63,008 bases of DNA, filler included, from Octopus bimaculoides (GCF_001194135.2; 5 parts of 5 records of this genome joined end to end with filler, not necessarily neighbours in it), one strand, 5' to 3'; shown: positions 26,051 through 38,808, counted from the first letter of the whole stretch. Program-made: numbers and translations. The notes: generated by a model from the letters alone, not told the origin.

Positions 26051-26499
26051 TATGAAAATCATTTGGGAGGATGTATTTTAATATATCTTTACCTTACTTT
26101 CTCAGTGCAATAATCTAAAATATTTGTAGAGAAACTACGAACATTTGCAGATACATAAGTAAATTTTTTTTCCTGTTTTTGTGATACAATTTTCCAATTT
26201 AAATGCAATACTCAAATGTATGTAAATTTTGAAAACACCTGGTGCTATCTCTATTCCATTCTAAAATAATGATTAAAGATCAGTTATTAACAAGTAATTC
26301 TCTTATTAGTTATGTAAAATTCTCTTTAAATAGTTTTTAAGCTGCCTTTCACTACTTTCCTCACTGCAGTGAAAAATTATGACTCCTTCAATTGTATTTG
26401 TATGGAATATCACATTTGAATAAAAATAATACAATCGTCCCTTTGCTGACATGAAAAATTAGTTTCATGAGTCACTAAGCAAATGGAAATTATGTTAAT

Positions 26500-26880
26500 A
26501 TGAGGTGGTACCAAAGAGTTCCTGGTCTAGTTATGTTCAATATAAAATAACATTTTTACCTTAGTTTTAGCATCATCTTCTTTGAAATAGCTACCTTGCA
26601 CAGCAATACACTGGTCCCAGTATCCCTACCACTTTTGGAATTTGGCCTGGAAGTTGTTTTCCATGAGCAAGTCAAGGATGTTCTGTGATTCACTCTGGAT
26701 CTCAGCAATGGTGTTAAAATGATGACCATTGAGCTGCCTTTTCATCTTGGGGAAGAGATGGAAGTCTGCAGGTGATTAGGGTGGGTACAGAAGCGATACC
26801 ATGTTGTTTTTGGCAAGAAACTCATGAGTGAGAAGAGCTCGGTGCCAGGAAGCATTGTCATCATGAAGAATCCAATTTAT
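26500..26880 (-). mobile_element. mariner transposase C-terminal relic with terminal repeat
   Basis: WILHDDNASWHRALLTHEFLAKNNMVSLLYPP*SPADFHLFPKMKRQLNGHHF...WDQCIAVQGSYF; end TA|TGAGGTGGTACC resembles a mariner TIR. Confidence 0.8.
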
Positions 26881-26984
26881 CAAGAACCGGTTGTTTTCAC
26901 TGAATGTTCTCCTTCAAACACTTCAAAGCGTTGCACTAGAAGTCTTCTATTATAGCTCAGGATTAACCAACATCTTATGAGTGA

Positions 26985-27290
26985 ATTTGTCAGAAGAAAA
27001 CTGTGCAGAAGCCTGCTGTGTGTGTGTGTGTGTGTGTACGTGCGCACGCATGTGTGTGTATGTGCGTGTGCATGTGTATGTGTATGATTGTGTTGTGTTT
27101 GTTACCCCAATTGCTTGATAATCAATCTTAATTTTCTTTCATTTCTGTAACTAGTAATTCATCAATATAACCACTAAAATAAGAACCAGGTTTAGAAAAA
27201 GAAGTACTGAGATCAATTTGTTTAACTAAACCCAACAAAATATGGTGCCAGTGTGGCTGCAGTCCAATGACTGAAAAAAAGTAAAAAGAA
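26985..27290 (+). mobile_element. SINE family 1, middle and 3' part (decayed)
   Basis: GAAAACTGTGCAGAAGCC-(TG)n-...ATTGCTTGATAATC...CCAATGACTGAAAA. Confidence 0.65.
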
Positions 27291-27731
27291 AAAAATTAAA
27301 AATATAAAATGCAGTTCTTGAATGTTAGAATTAGAATGTAAGTGTGGGGTGTACCTAACCATCAAATAAATGAAATGAAAGGAAAATGGAAATTAAAACA
27401 AATATTTTTGGTATATGTAAATTTGAAAATTCAAACCAAAACATTGGTCAAAACCATACTAAATGAAAGCACAAACTGAATACTTTATAAACTAAATGGT
27501 GAGTGTCCATTGAATTTTAGTTGAAACTATTTCTGCCTTTTTAAATGGCAAATTATTCTGTATTTCATTCTAAACCTGTCTTGACATTTTTGTCAAGATT
27601 GAGGTTGCAACAACTACTATTACTAGCACCTCAGCTACAAGTTTGAAGTGCAAACAACAATGCAGATTGTGATTTGTTAAATTATAAAGACATTTAGAGC
27701 AATGTTAGAGACAGACATTTTTGTTTTCCAG

Positions 27732-27736
27732 CCCAG
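27732..27736 (+). CDS. candidate 5-nt micro-exon CCCAG (phase 0 to 2)
   Basis: TTTTTGTTTTCCAG|CCCAG|GTAAAA; restores frame between the 21456 (or 27498) donor and the 29015 acceptor. Confidence 0.3.
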
Positions 27737-27914
27737 GTAAAAGAGCAGATAGAGAAATCTTAGAGTCTTTTGTCAGTGGAATGAACAAAATTGTTATCAA
27801 TTAGAGATACTCAAGAAATAATGAACTTCAAACTGGGAGCTCGCTTTGTCAAACACGTACATTTACATAAACAAATAATTTTTTAACAAATAATAATAAC
27901 AATAATAATGTTTT

Positions 27915-28325
27915 GTTGCCCTGGTGCAAAACCAGGCAGTGGCTCTCATGGCTTCTGATCTTAACTGATTTTGTTTTGGTAAAAAAGATGGGCTACAACA
28001 AATATTCTGCTCAATACCACAGATTTGCTTGTCAGTTGTTTGGCATTAACCAGTTGAGCATATCCCTTAGTAGCTGATGATATGTGCATCTCTGATCATG
28101 AGCAGAAGGAATAGGGGAGCATCATAGTCATTTGTCGAGAGGAATTCTTTGGGGTTTGAATAATTCACCTCTGGAAACATGGGTGTTTCATTCAATATCC
28201 TTAAACAAGCCTTATTCAGGGACCTTTTGAGCAGGATGGGACACTCAGCCTGAGGAAAATTGTAACTGGGCCCCACCTGCAAGGTCATGTGCTGTTTATC
28301 TTGATATGAGATCATGCACATACGA
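27915..28325 (+). mobile_element. interspersed repeat, same family as 34872-35125
   Basis: CCTTAAACAAGCCTTATTCAGGGACCTTTTGAGCAGGATGGG...CTGGGCCCCACCTGCAAGGTCATG aligns with 34872-34990. Confidence 0.75.
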
Positions 28326-29014
28326 GGACCCAGGAACAGGGTACACTTGCACCCCTAGAATTTTTAAGTAGTGCAAAATCAAAGTTTGCATCTTCTACAT
28401 ACCTTTGCCAGGTTCAGAAAATAATATCTAAAAATTGATCTGTAAAAGTTACTTCAAGTTACATTTTGTCTCAAAACAAAAACAAAGTACAAAAATAAAT
28501 TTTTAAAAAATAGATGAAGCTGGCTGTAAAATTCCAAAAGGAATTTATGACCTGCTTCTAAACTAAAGTAGCATCAAATTCAAAAGTATGTGGCAACAAC
28601 AACAACAAGAACAACATGACCTCCTTTTATCTTTTAAATACTTCTCACAATACCCTACGTTTTGTCATTCTTTGATTGACCACATGGTTGAATGGATTTA
28701 ACCATTTGACCTCAGTCTAAAAATAAAAGCCGTTTCAAATTTCTTTGTCAGTCAGATGGGTTCTTCTATTCAGGCTAATATTTATTTATTTTGTCAACAG
28801 TCAAAATTGTTTATTTTCTCTTTGATATTAAATGCTCATTGTTACATTGCTGGACATTTATTGGATTATCTGTCCCATGTAAGTTGGAAATTCTCCCTTT
28901 TGACCAGAATCTTTCATGGCTTTGTTGATTTATTAAAATTATTTTCCATTTTATTCAAATTTGAATAATGTAGATACATTATTGAAAGGCAAATTTACTG
29001 CAATATTCATTCAG

Positions 29015-29203
29015 AGATGACACCTCTCATGGACGTGCTATGTTTAAAAATAGAATATATCAGAAAGAGACTAAAATTGTCCCAGCAATGGCTAGTAAGA
29101 ACACTAAACGCATTTCAGCCCTGTTAGGCTTTGTCAATGGCATGCGTTCAATACTAACTGCATACTTACACAAGATTTGTCTCCTCCGATATGCAGGAAA
29201 ACA
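29015..29203 (+). CDS. candidate coding exon (189 nt, phase 2 to 2: DDTSHGRAMFKNRIYQKETKIVPAMASKNTKRISALLGFVNGMRSILTAYLHKICLLRYAGK)
   Basis: acceptor ATATTCATTCAG, donor CA|GTGAGA, open frame; all 4 CpGs are Arg codons although the surrounding block is CpG-poor. Confidence 0.45.
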
Positions 29204-30091
29204 GTGAGAAGCGTTCATTAGTATTCTGAATAACTGCCAAGCTGAATAAAGATCTGTTATATGCAGTGAAAGTAATATAAACTTAATATAGCGAACTATG
29301 TATCATCTATGAATCTAAAAGACTTTTTCTTCCTTCTTCAGCTCACATCTTTCCTTCATACTATCAATCTTCATGACTACCAAAGTTTTATATCCATCAT
29401 TTGTATCAATCTACCATATTTTCTTGTCTTCTTTAATAAAATTATTCACATATTTTTAACCACACAGCTGCATCTCCCTCCCTCCCTCTCTGTCCTCTCT
29501 CTCTCCTGCTCCCTCTCCCTCCCTCCCCCTCTCTCTCAGGTGAGTTTATTACTTAAGAATAAATGATCTGAGGTTGTACACAGAAAGCAGTGATGATCAC
29601 GGAAATCTAATTGGAAGCAGATTTTTCACAAGTAGAGTTGTAAAATATTTGCTTAATTAAACATATGTGTTTGTGTATGGATGCCTGCTTCCTATCTACC
29701 AAATTTCTTTCATCGAGATTTGGTCAATCCAAGACTTTGATAATAAAAGTGCTGCACTGTGAGATCAAATCTAGAAATACGTGGTCATGAAGTGAAGTTC
29801 CAAATCACATAGCTATGCCTAATATTATTAATTTCATCTTAAAGGAAGCAAGAAGAGATAACTCCAAACATGTTTTGTTCTTATGTTGACCTCTTCGGCA
29901 ATATACAAGTCCACCACCACCACCACCGCCACATACTTACTAAAATGGTGATGATTGAATTACTAAGTAAATATATAACATTGTATATTTATAGGCATGT
30001 GAAAATAGAATTTCTTAGAAATTAAATAATGTGAGAGACATCATCTGTATAGAAAACAATTAGTAAGTTAGTGTTAATATACCTAATACAT

Positions 30092-30305
30092 GGCAAACTG
30101 GCAGACTCATTAGCATGCCAGGTAAAATGCTTAGTGGCATTTAGTCAGTATGCATATTCTGGGTTCAAATTCCACCGAGGTTGACTTTGCCTTTCAACCT
30201 TTCGAGGGTCAATAAATTAAGTACCAGTTGAACACTGGTGTTGATGTAATCGACAAGCAGCCTTCCCAAAAGTACCTGGCCTTGTGCCAAAATTTGAAAC
30301 CAATA
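30092..30305 (+). mobile_element. SINE family 2 (CpG-decayed)
   Basis: ATGGCAAACTGGCAGA...AAATGCTTAGTGGCATT...GGGTTCAAATTCCACCGAGGTTGACTTTGCC. Confidence 0.85.
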
Positions 30306-30614
30306 TATCTAATACATTGAATTATGCTTGATATGGTGATCAGAATGAAACCACAAAATCTCCAGTGTTTTTACCTTATACTTGATTGGAACAGGAAAAA
30401 GTATTATTCATTGACTAATATTGTTCATATTTATGTCTAGCTAATTTTTAAAATACTCCTTATATTAAACATGTTAGCATTAATTTACTTTCTGTTTTTC
30501 AAGTGGATTGTGTTGCTAAATCAATTTATCAATATGAATAAATTGCTATGATATGCAACAGTTGTTTAATATTTCATTATTCAACTCTCTTTACTGTCTG
30601 TCTTTTAAGTGCAG

Positions 30615-30681
30615 AATAATAATAAAGGTGCAGTTAGTTGATTGTCGTCGAGATATGAAGAAAATAAATATCCTCCAATTA
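30615..30681 (+). CDS. candidate coding exon (phase 2 to 0: IIIKVQLVDCRRDMKKINILQL)
   Basis: tract CTCTTTACTGTCTGTCTTTTAAGTGCAG, donor TTA|GTAAGC; joins 29203 in frame (CA|A = Gln); both CpGs are Arg codons. Confidence 0.45.
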
Positions 30682-30934
30682 GTAAGCTTTACTCAGATGA
30701 CCATCCATCAAACTAGCCAACAGTAGGAAAAAAAATTGTTTATCTAAGCCTTGACGTTGGTAAACTGTATTTATTGTAATCAGCATCTGTAATCAATAAT
30801 GTAAATAGTCTTTCCACTAGTTTTATAATATTTCTGTTCATACTAAAAAGAGACATTTGACAAGCTTATTTGTCACTATGTTGCTATGGTAAAATGATTA
30901 ACATATTTGTTTGCTAGCTTAGTGATGAAAATGA

Positions 30935-31160
30935 TAATCCTTTCTACTATAGGCAAAAAGACTAAAATTTTGGAGAAGGAGCCTAGTTAATTACATCAAT
31001 ACCCAGTGCTCGACTGATACTTATTTTATCAACCCCAAAAGGATGAAAGGCAAAGTCAACTTCAGAGACATTTAAATTCAGAACATTCAGAAGATTTCAG
31101 AAGCAATGCCACTAAGCATTTTGTCTGGTGCAGTAAGGATTCTGCAGGCTCACCACTTTA
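30935..31160 (-). mobile_element. SINE family 2
   Basis: reverse complement AAAATGCTTAGTGGCATT...GTTGACTTTGCCTTTCATCCTTTTGGGGTTGATAAAATAAGTA. Confidence 0.8.
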
Positions 31161-31544
31161 ATACCAGATGCCAACAGGTGAGATGCCATGTAATTAAGGA
31201 AAAAAAAAAAACGATCCTCAGTTTTCTCAGCTGCATCACACCTCACCTGTTAGCATTTTTAGATGCAAAGTTTTACCTCTTGACAAATCTGGTTGAAACA
31301 TGGTTACAACTTGCATAAAATAAAGCAAAGCTAAAACAAATGTTTCAAATGTTTGGCCTGAGGTAAACAAGTTTAGGAGGAGAGGCTTTTAACTCAAGTA
31401 CTTGACTGGTACTTTTATTTTATTTTATCATCATCATATTTAAGCATTGGTGCATAAACTTCTATGATGGATATATTCTGTGGTCTTGCAGGCACATGTA
31501 AGGTGATGAGTCAGCTGGATACTGGTGTACAACTGGTGACTTGG

Positions 31545-31725
31545 TTTAACTAAACCCTTGTGAGTTAATTTGGTAGATGGTGTGTTTATGTCCCTGTAAC
31601 TTTGAGGTTCAGCAAAAAGAGTTCGATAGAATAAGTATTAGGCTTACAAAGATTAAGTCTTTGACTAAAACCCTTTAACATGGTGCTCCAGCATGGCCGC
31701 AATCAAGTGACTGAAACAAGTAAAA
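31545..31725 (+). mobile_element. SINE family 1, deleted fragment
   Basis: CCTTGTGAGTTAATTTGGTAGATGG...GATAGAATAAGTATTAGGC...GCTCCAGCATGGCCGC. Confidence 0.75.
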
Positions 31726-31884
31726 AAGTATAACAATATATATACATACACACACACACATATATATATATATAACTGAGAATGTGTGTCTGTTTGTCTG
31801 TCTGTGTGTCTGTATGTGTGCATAATTAAAACTTAAGAACTACCCAACCAATATTTATATACATGTACATGCATATTTATATGC

Positions 31885-31918
<34 letters not shown>

Positions 31919-32551
31919 NNNNNNNNNNNNNNNNNNNNNNNNNNNNNNNNNNNNNNNNNNNNNNNNNNNNNNNNNNNNNNNNNNNNNNNNNNNNNNNNNN
32001 NNNNNNNNNNNNNNNNNNNNNNNNNNNNNNNNNNNNNNNNNNNNNNNNNNNNNNNNNNNNNNNNNNNNNNNNNNNNNNNNNNNNNNNNNNNNNNNNNNNN
32101 NNNNNNNNNNNNNNNNNNNNNNNNNNNNNNNNNNNNNNNNNNNNNNNNNNNNNNNNNNNNNNNNNNNNNNNNNNNNNNNNNNNNNNNNNNNNNNNNNNNN
32201 NNNNNNNNNNNNNNNNNNNNNNNNNNNNNNNNNNNNNNNNNNNNNNNNNNNNNNNNNNNNNNNNNNNNNNNNNNNNNNNNNNNNNNNNNNNNNNNNNNNN
32301 NNNNNNNNNNNNNNNNNNNNNNNNNNNNNNNNNNNNNNNNNNNNNNNNNNNNNNNNNNNNNNNNNNNNNNNNNNNNNNNNNNNNNNNNNNNNNNNNNNNN
32401 NNNNNNNNNNNNNNNNNNNNNNNNNNNNNNNNNNNNNNNNNNNNNNNNNNNNNNNNNNNNNNNNNNNNNNNNNNNNNNNNNNNNNNNNNNNNNNNNNNNN
32501 NNNNNNNNNNNNNNNNNNNNNNNNNNNNNNNNNNNNNNNNNNNNNNNNNNN

Positions 32552-32594
<43 letters not shown>

Positions 32595-32599
32595 TACAG

Positions 32600-32982
32600 G
32601 CACACGGGTGGCTGTGTGGTAAGTAGCTTGCTTACCAACCACATGGTTCTGGGTTCAGTCCCATTGTGTGGCACCTTGGGCAAGTGTCTTCTACTATAGC
32701 CTTGGGCCGACCAAAGCATTGTGAATGGATTTAGTAGATAGAAACTGAAAGAAGCCCGTCGTATATATATGTGTGTGTATATGCTTGTGTGTCTGTGTTT
32801 GTCCCCTCACCATCGCTTGACAACAGATACTGGTGTGTTTACATCCCTGTAACTGAGTGGTTTGGCAAAAATGACTGATAGAATAAGTTCTAGGCTTACA
32901 AATAATAAGTCCTAGCATCAATTTATTCAACTAAAGGTGGTACCACAGCATGGCTGCAGTCAAATGACTGTTACAAATAAAA

Positions 32983-32985
<3 letters not shown>
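32600..32985 (+). mobile_element. SINE family 1, near-complete copy
   Basis: head, internal (TA)/(TG) spacer and 3' tail are all contiguous. Confidence 0.9.
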
Positions 32986-33015
<30 letters not shown>

Positions 33016-33379
33016 NNNNNNNNNNNNNNNNNNNNNNNNNNNNNNNNNNNNNNNNNNNNNNNNNNNNNNNNNNNNNNNNNNNNNNNNNNNNNNNNNNNNN
33101 NNNNNNNNNNNNNNNNNNNNNNNNNNNNNNNNNNNNNNNNNNNNNNNNNNNNNNNNNNNNNNNNNNNNNNNNNNNNNNNNNNNNNNNNNNNNNNNNNNNN
33201 NNNNNNNNNNNNNNNNNNNNNNNNNNNNNNNNNNNNNNNNNNNNATGTATATATATATATATTTATATATATATATATATATGTATATATATGTATATTT
33301 ATGTATGTATAAATATATAGATATATTTATGTATGTATATATGTGAGTGTATATAAATATGTATATATATATATATATA

Positions 33380-33679
33380 ATTCATGTAAAATAGTGTACA
33401 TTTAATACACATTAGAGACGCCCATAAGGGCATCTAACCCATGAGTGTTTTTGTTTCACTTTTTTGACACGTAATACTTAGTGGAGGAGATATGATGTTG
33501 ATGTGGGCTGGAAGTATGCAAGAAGTTAAAAGTTTTTTGACTAAAACACAACCGGGACCCTAAGTAAGGCATGTGTAAAATTTGAATGAAATTGGTTGTG
33601 TAGTCCTGGAGTTTTAGGGATTCACACAGACACACACACACACACAGACATACATTCTCAATTTTATATATATATAGAT
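33380..33679. mobile_element. putative Helentron-associated (DINE-1/HINE-like) non-autonomous element end
   Basis: ends in (CA)n/CAGA-CATTCTCAATTTTATATATATATAGAT; its reverse complement matches TATATATAACTGAGAATGTGTGTCTG at 31761-31800. Confidence 0.45.
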
Positions 33680-34815
33680 TATAATACGTATTTACTTCTG
33701 GTAATGGTCGCCATGTTTATCACGTGACTTTTCAGTATTAATTTTCGTAGCATTATTTACGTAATATAGAATTTTCGTATATGTATAGTTATTACTCTGC
33801 GTTAATTTGCAAGTTTAAGTAATTTAGTATTTTTAATCCACAAGAAACTTTTTATTTTAGGTAGATTTTCTTTTTCGATATTTTCGTTATTATTTTAGTA
33901 TTTATAATACGCATGTACTTCTGGGTAATAGACGCCATATTTATCACGTGACCTTCTAGTATAAATTCTATAGCACAGCCATTTTTGTTTTAATCTACAG
34001 TTACCCACCGGCAGATAAGTCATGTTTTCTTATTTTAATTTTATAAACAATCCGTCTTTTAGTAACTTTATACACTAACACATTTTTTTACTATTATCCA
34101 CTTATTCCATAATGTTTTAACCTTGTTTACTATAATACTCTTTTCCAATATTTTTAGATTGTAACTCTTAATAATTATATTAATACCGTTAATGCTGGAA
34201 TTAGTTTACAGATTTTGTCTCTTTGTATATATTTTTATCTCTCATCTTTATGTTTATTCCATGAATGATTTTAGGTATTTTCTTAGGGATTTGACCTGAA
34301 GAGTGACTGATTTGGGGAGTAAAATCATTTCCCTATTCTAATGAACTCGGATAGAATTTGCTTATGATTTTATATAGTCTTATTTCAGCTATGAAACGCA
34401 CATAGTCTATGTACTAGCACTAACTTTTACACATTTATACTTCTATGCTGTATATTATTGCATTAATTTTTACTGTCCAATTTATAAATTTGACTTCTAA
34501 ACTTTTTTTAATTAATATTTCTATGATTTATTTATATAATATATTATTTAATTTAAATTTTAGATTAAAATCTTAGATATATGAAGATGGTATATGCCTC
34601 ACAGCATGGATTTGGATGGGTCCTGAGTTGACTGAGTTGTAGAGTGGTGGTTTGTCTCTAAATTAGTTATATACATATATTAGTGAACCAGGTGTAATAT
34701 TATACTGATTTTTGCCTGTAAGGTTGGAATAAATTTTTATTTCTGAATATATATATATATATATATATATANNNNNNNNNNNNNNNNNNNNNNNNNNNNN
34801 NNNNNNNNNNNNNNN

Positions 34816-34827
34816 TTAATTAATTAA
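34816..34827. other. assembly linker TTAATTAATTAA
   Basis: 44N-12-44N. Confidence 0.95.
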
Positions 34828-34871
34828 NNNNNNNNNNNNNNNNNNNNNNNNNNNNNNNNNNNNNNNNNNNN

Positions 34872-35120
34872 CCTTAAACAAACCTTATTCATGGACCTTT
34901 TGAGCGGGATGGGCTACTCGACCTGAAGAAAATTCTAACTGGGCCCCACCTGCGAGGTCATGCGCTGTTTATCTTGATATAAGATCACCATGTTGCGTAC
35001 ATATGGTTGTGATGTATGTGCCTGGTGTACCCTTATCAGACGGGTAGTCATGATGGGTATAATGGGCTTCGTATATTTTACTCCAGTGTCACTTTGATAG
35101 CATGCTCTGCTCTCTCACTC

Positions 35121-35125
<5 letters not shown>
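34872..35125 (+). mobile_element. interspersed repeat 3' part ending in (AAT)n
   Basis: homologous to 28199-28325; followed by CTCTCTCACTC-(AAT)n. Confidence 0.7.
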
Positions 35126-35154
<29 letters not shown>

Positions 35155-37469
35155 TCGAATCAGTCGATCACGATGCAATCAGTCGGTATATAAATATGTA
35201 TATCGGTCAGTGTGTCAATCACAATTCCGCGCCTAACCGATAATATTGAATCGCAAACGAGAAGTCCCACCAAGGTAAAAGCAAGAAACATCTCAGAAAA
35301 ATGAGAAAAGCAGACAAGAATGAGATAGAGAACGTTAACGTACAAATGTGGATTAAATGTAAACCAAAGTGAGATGTACGAAGGACAGATAAAAAAACAA
35401 ACAGGACTGGGCATACAAACGAACTTATATAAATTAACGAACAAAATAAGGCTTTGCGACCAGACGGGGGACGAATATATTCAACGCTAGGAGAATATAC
35501 AGGAAGAGAAACAGTGAAAGGTGAATAGAGAGGGAGACAAGAAAATGTGACTCCTTGGTATGGTAGCCGGTCGTGTAAAGAATAACATGAATACAGGTCG
35601 CATGTTAGGGAGATATATATAGTAGGGGGCAGAGAGAAACACAGAGGGAAGGCAAAAGAACGTGACAGATAGCAGCATAGACAGAAGGAGGGCAGGAGAG
35701 ACAGTGTGTGTGTGTATGTGAACGTGAGAGAGGAAGAGAAAGAGGGACAGTGTCGTACAAAAACATGGAGTTGTTACTTGTAAACAAAAAAAAATTCTAT
35801 GTATATGTATATATATATATATATATATATNNNNNNNNNNNNNNNNNNNNNNNNNNNNNNNNNNNNNNNNNNNNNNNNNNNNNNNNNNNNNNNNNNNNNN
35901 NNNNNNNNNNNAAAGTTGTTCATTTTTTCAGTCTCCGAAGAAATGGCTAAAATTTGCCCTGTTTATAAGTATACCATATGTTATATATAGAATTTGGTTT
36001 TGAAAACCTTTTGCATTCATGGACCCTCTAAACAAGTCTATATATATTGATGCTGCGTTCTCTCCAGTTTAATATACAACAGTCAACCTTATGGAATTAG
36101 AATTTCAGAACTGAACATCCGTATGTAAATGTCGCAAATCATTTTCGAAATTATAACATTTCTTAGTTTAAAACCATTATTTCCTAGCATTTAAACAAAC
36201 ATTGCCTTATAATATAAAATAAACAAAGCAACACGTATGCTGTTTATTATCTTCTCCGTAAAAGATGAAAGAGAATGTAAATAAATGACGCATATTCTTT
36301 GTTTGCCATTCTGCTGATTCGATTATTTCTGTACAATGACTATATAATTAACCAAATGAAGATTAAATGTGCTGATATATGTAATATAAAAATAGTAGAG
36401 AGATTCAGAGAAATTTATCGAGAAACATTGTAATATGCATTTTTAAACATGAACTGTAAGTGAATGGTGTGTGTTATTCAGTGTTTCAGCCACACATTGG
36501 TGGAGAGCATAAAGAACTATAGCACAATATTGATAATTACATGAGAGAGCTAGGATGGATAAGAAGTGAAAAAACGCCTTTAAGAATTTGAAGTCAATAG
36601 ACGAATGAAGGTAACAAAATATCTCGAGGAATTCTACGCGTTCTGTTATATATTATGACATCTTACCATGTTTATATAACAACAGATCTTCATAAAATTC
36701 TCAATATCACAAATTTAATGTTTAGGAGATGATCTAAGAAATACAGTAACTCAGTTGCATGCATTTTACTGACCAGAGGAAGATAGTAAGCAACCATGAT
36801 TTTGGTAAGATTCATTATCAGAATGTAAAGGGAGGTAAGTAAATATGACATGTTAGTGTATCCGACATTTTGATGATATTGCAATACCGATGCCCTCAGG
36901 TATAAAATATTAATAACACGAGGATGGTATATGTGATATAAAATGCATGAGCAACGTTAGAAAGAATCAAAGAAAATTAACGATATCATGGCGATTAGAT
37001 AGCATCAAAGAAAATATATAAGGGAACATAAGAAAGGTGTTAAAATATAGAAGAATCATCTAGGTGGAAAGGAATTCAGCTGTAATTCTAAGCTAAATAT
37101 AAGGCTGAGAAAGAGAACAAGAAGCAGGGAGAATAAAAATCAACGTGTATATGTGTGATTGTTTGTGTATGCATTCATGTGTGCGTTCTCTACTAAGCCA
37201 CAGCATGGGCGCACGCGTGTGTATGCTTGGGAATACAGCAAGTTTGAGAAAGTCTAAAAGAGAGAAAGATAGAGAAAGAATAACAGAAAACGGTTTGAAA
37301 AATAGGCGTAAAAAAGCCCATGATGCATATATATAACTAGACAGACAGACAGACAGGTACATAGAATGAAAGTTGTAGAGAGGTATACAGACATACATTT
37401 ATATATACACGCATACTCATATTTATATATATTTGAATATATATTTACCTATCTATCTATCTATCTATC

Positions 37470-37538
<69 letters not shown>

Positions 37539-38399
37539 GCGTACATACATGCATACATATATATATACATACATGCATACATACATAAACACACATACAT
37601 ACATATATGCATGCATACATACATACGTACGCACATACATACATAGATACATACATATGCAGAATAGATAATGAAATGAAAGTCAACTGAATCAGACAGA
37701 ATATGCACAAATACGTTCGCTCTTAGAACAGTCTGCTTTAAGCGAGGGTGTGTTTTCTTGTCGCTGGACGTCTTTCGATGTGATTAATGAGATGAGCGCT
37801 TGAAAAGTTAGAGAATCGGTAACATACTGGCAGTAAATCACATGTTGAAACTGTGCAATTATTTATATACGTGTTTCTGAGCATTTTTGTCGTTACTTGA
37901 TTTTCTTTTGTCCAAATCAACATCATCATCGTCACAATTATTGCCATCATCAGAATTAAGTTATACATGACATTACCGCATTCGCTGAAATTACAGTCGC
38001 TGTTTCGATGGTTGTTAAAATTTGCTCTCAAGAATCAATAAAGGAACTGTGTATAATACATAGCAATATTATATATAAGACCCTTTAAGTTATATTTTCT
38101 AAATATATTGCCATCGACTTCGCTATTCATTTCCATGTCATCTGTTAGGTTCATACCAGTCATATACACTTCATCTTCAAACTGGTAGTCATGTTATTAA
38201 GTTAAGTATCATTATTATGAAGGCGGAATCGGTAGAGTGAACGGGAACATACCAAGCGCCACATCTTAAATATACAGGGGCATAGCTATATTGAAGCCAA
38301 TGTTTTTCTGGGGTACTTTCAATGGACAATGCCCTAAGCCAAACACCGTGGGTTTGTTGCAGTTCTTTTAATCTTTCCTCTTATCATTATGAACATCAT

Positions 38400-38612
<213 letters not shown>

Positions 38613-38808
38613 CCTCTCTCCTATCATTATTATTTGTCGGTATTATTTTTTATTTGTTCCTGGCAGAATTGTTAACACGCCAGACAAGGGTATCTGGCCT
38701 CAAATCATCTGTATGTGCATGTATGTATGCATATGTGTGTGTGCGTGTGTGTATGCGAGTATATATATTAATATATATTTACCTACGTATCCCTGTCTGC
38801 CTGTCTCT

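Noticed and set aside
28801-28878. + strand exon-like unit with a good acceptor and GTAAGT donor
   Set aside because: Neither open frame joins the 29015 acceptor in phase without an atypical acceptor
28403-29241. Competing minus-strand exon pair 29170-29241 + 28403-28439 (LAVIQNTNERFSLFSCISEETNLVSIFRYYFLNLAK), possibly continuing to ~26093-26170 and a 25560-25590 stop exon
   Set aside because: Splice sites and phases are compatible, but it overlaps the + exon 29015-29203, which has a longer frame and the CpG-Arg pattern. Disfavoured, not excluded; stranded RNA-seq would decide
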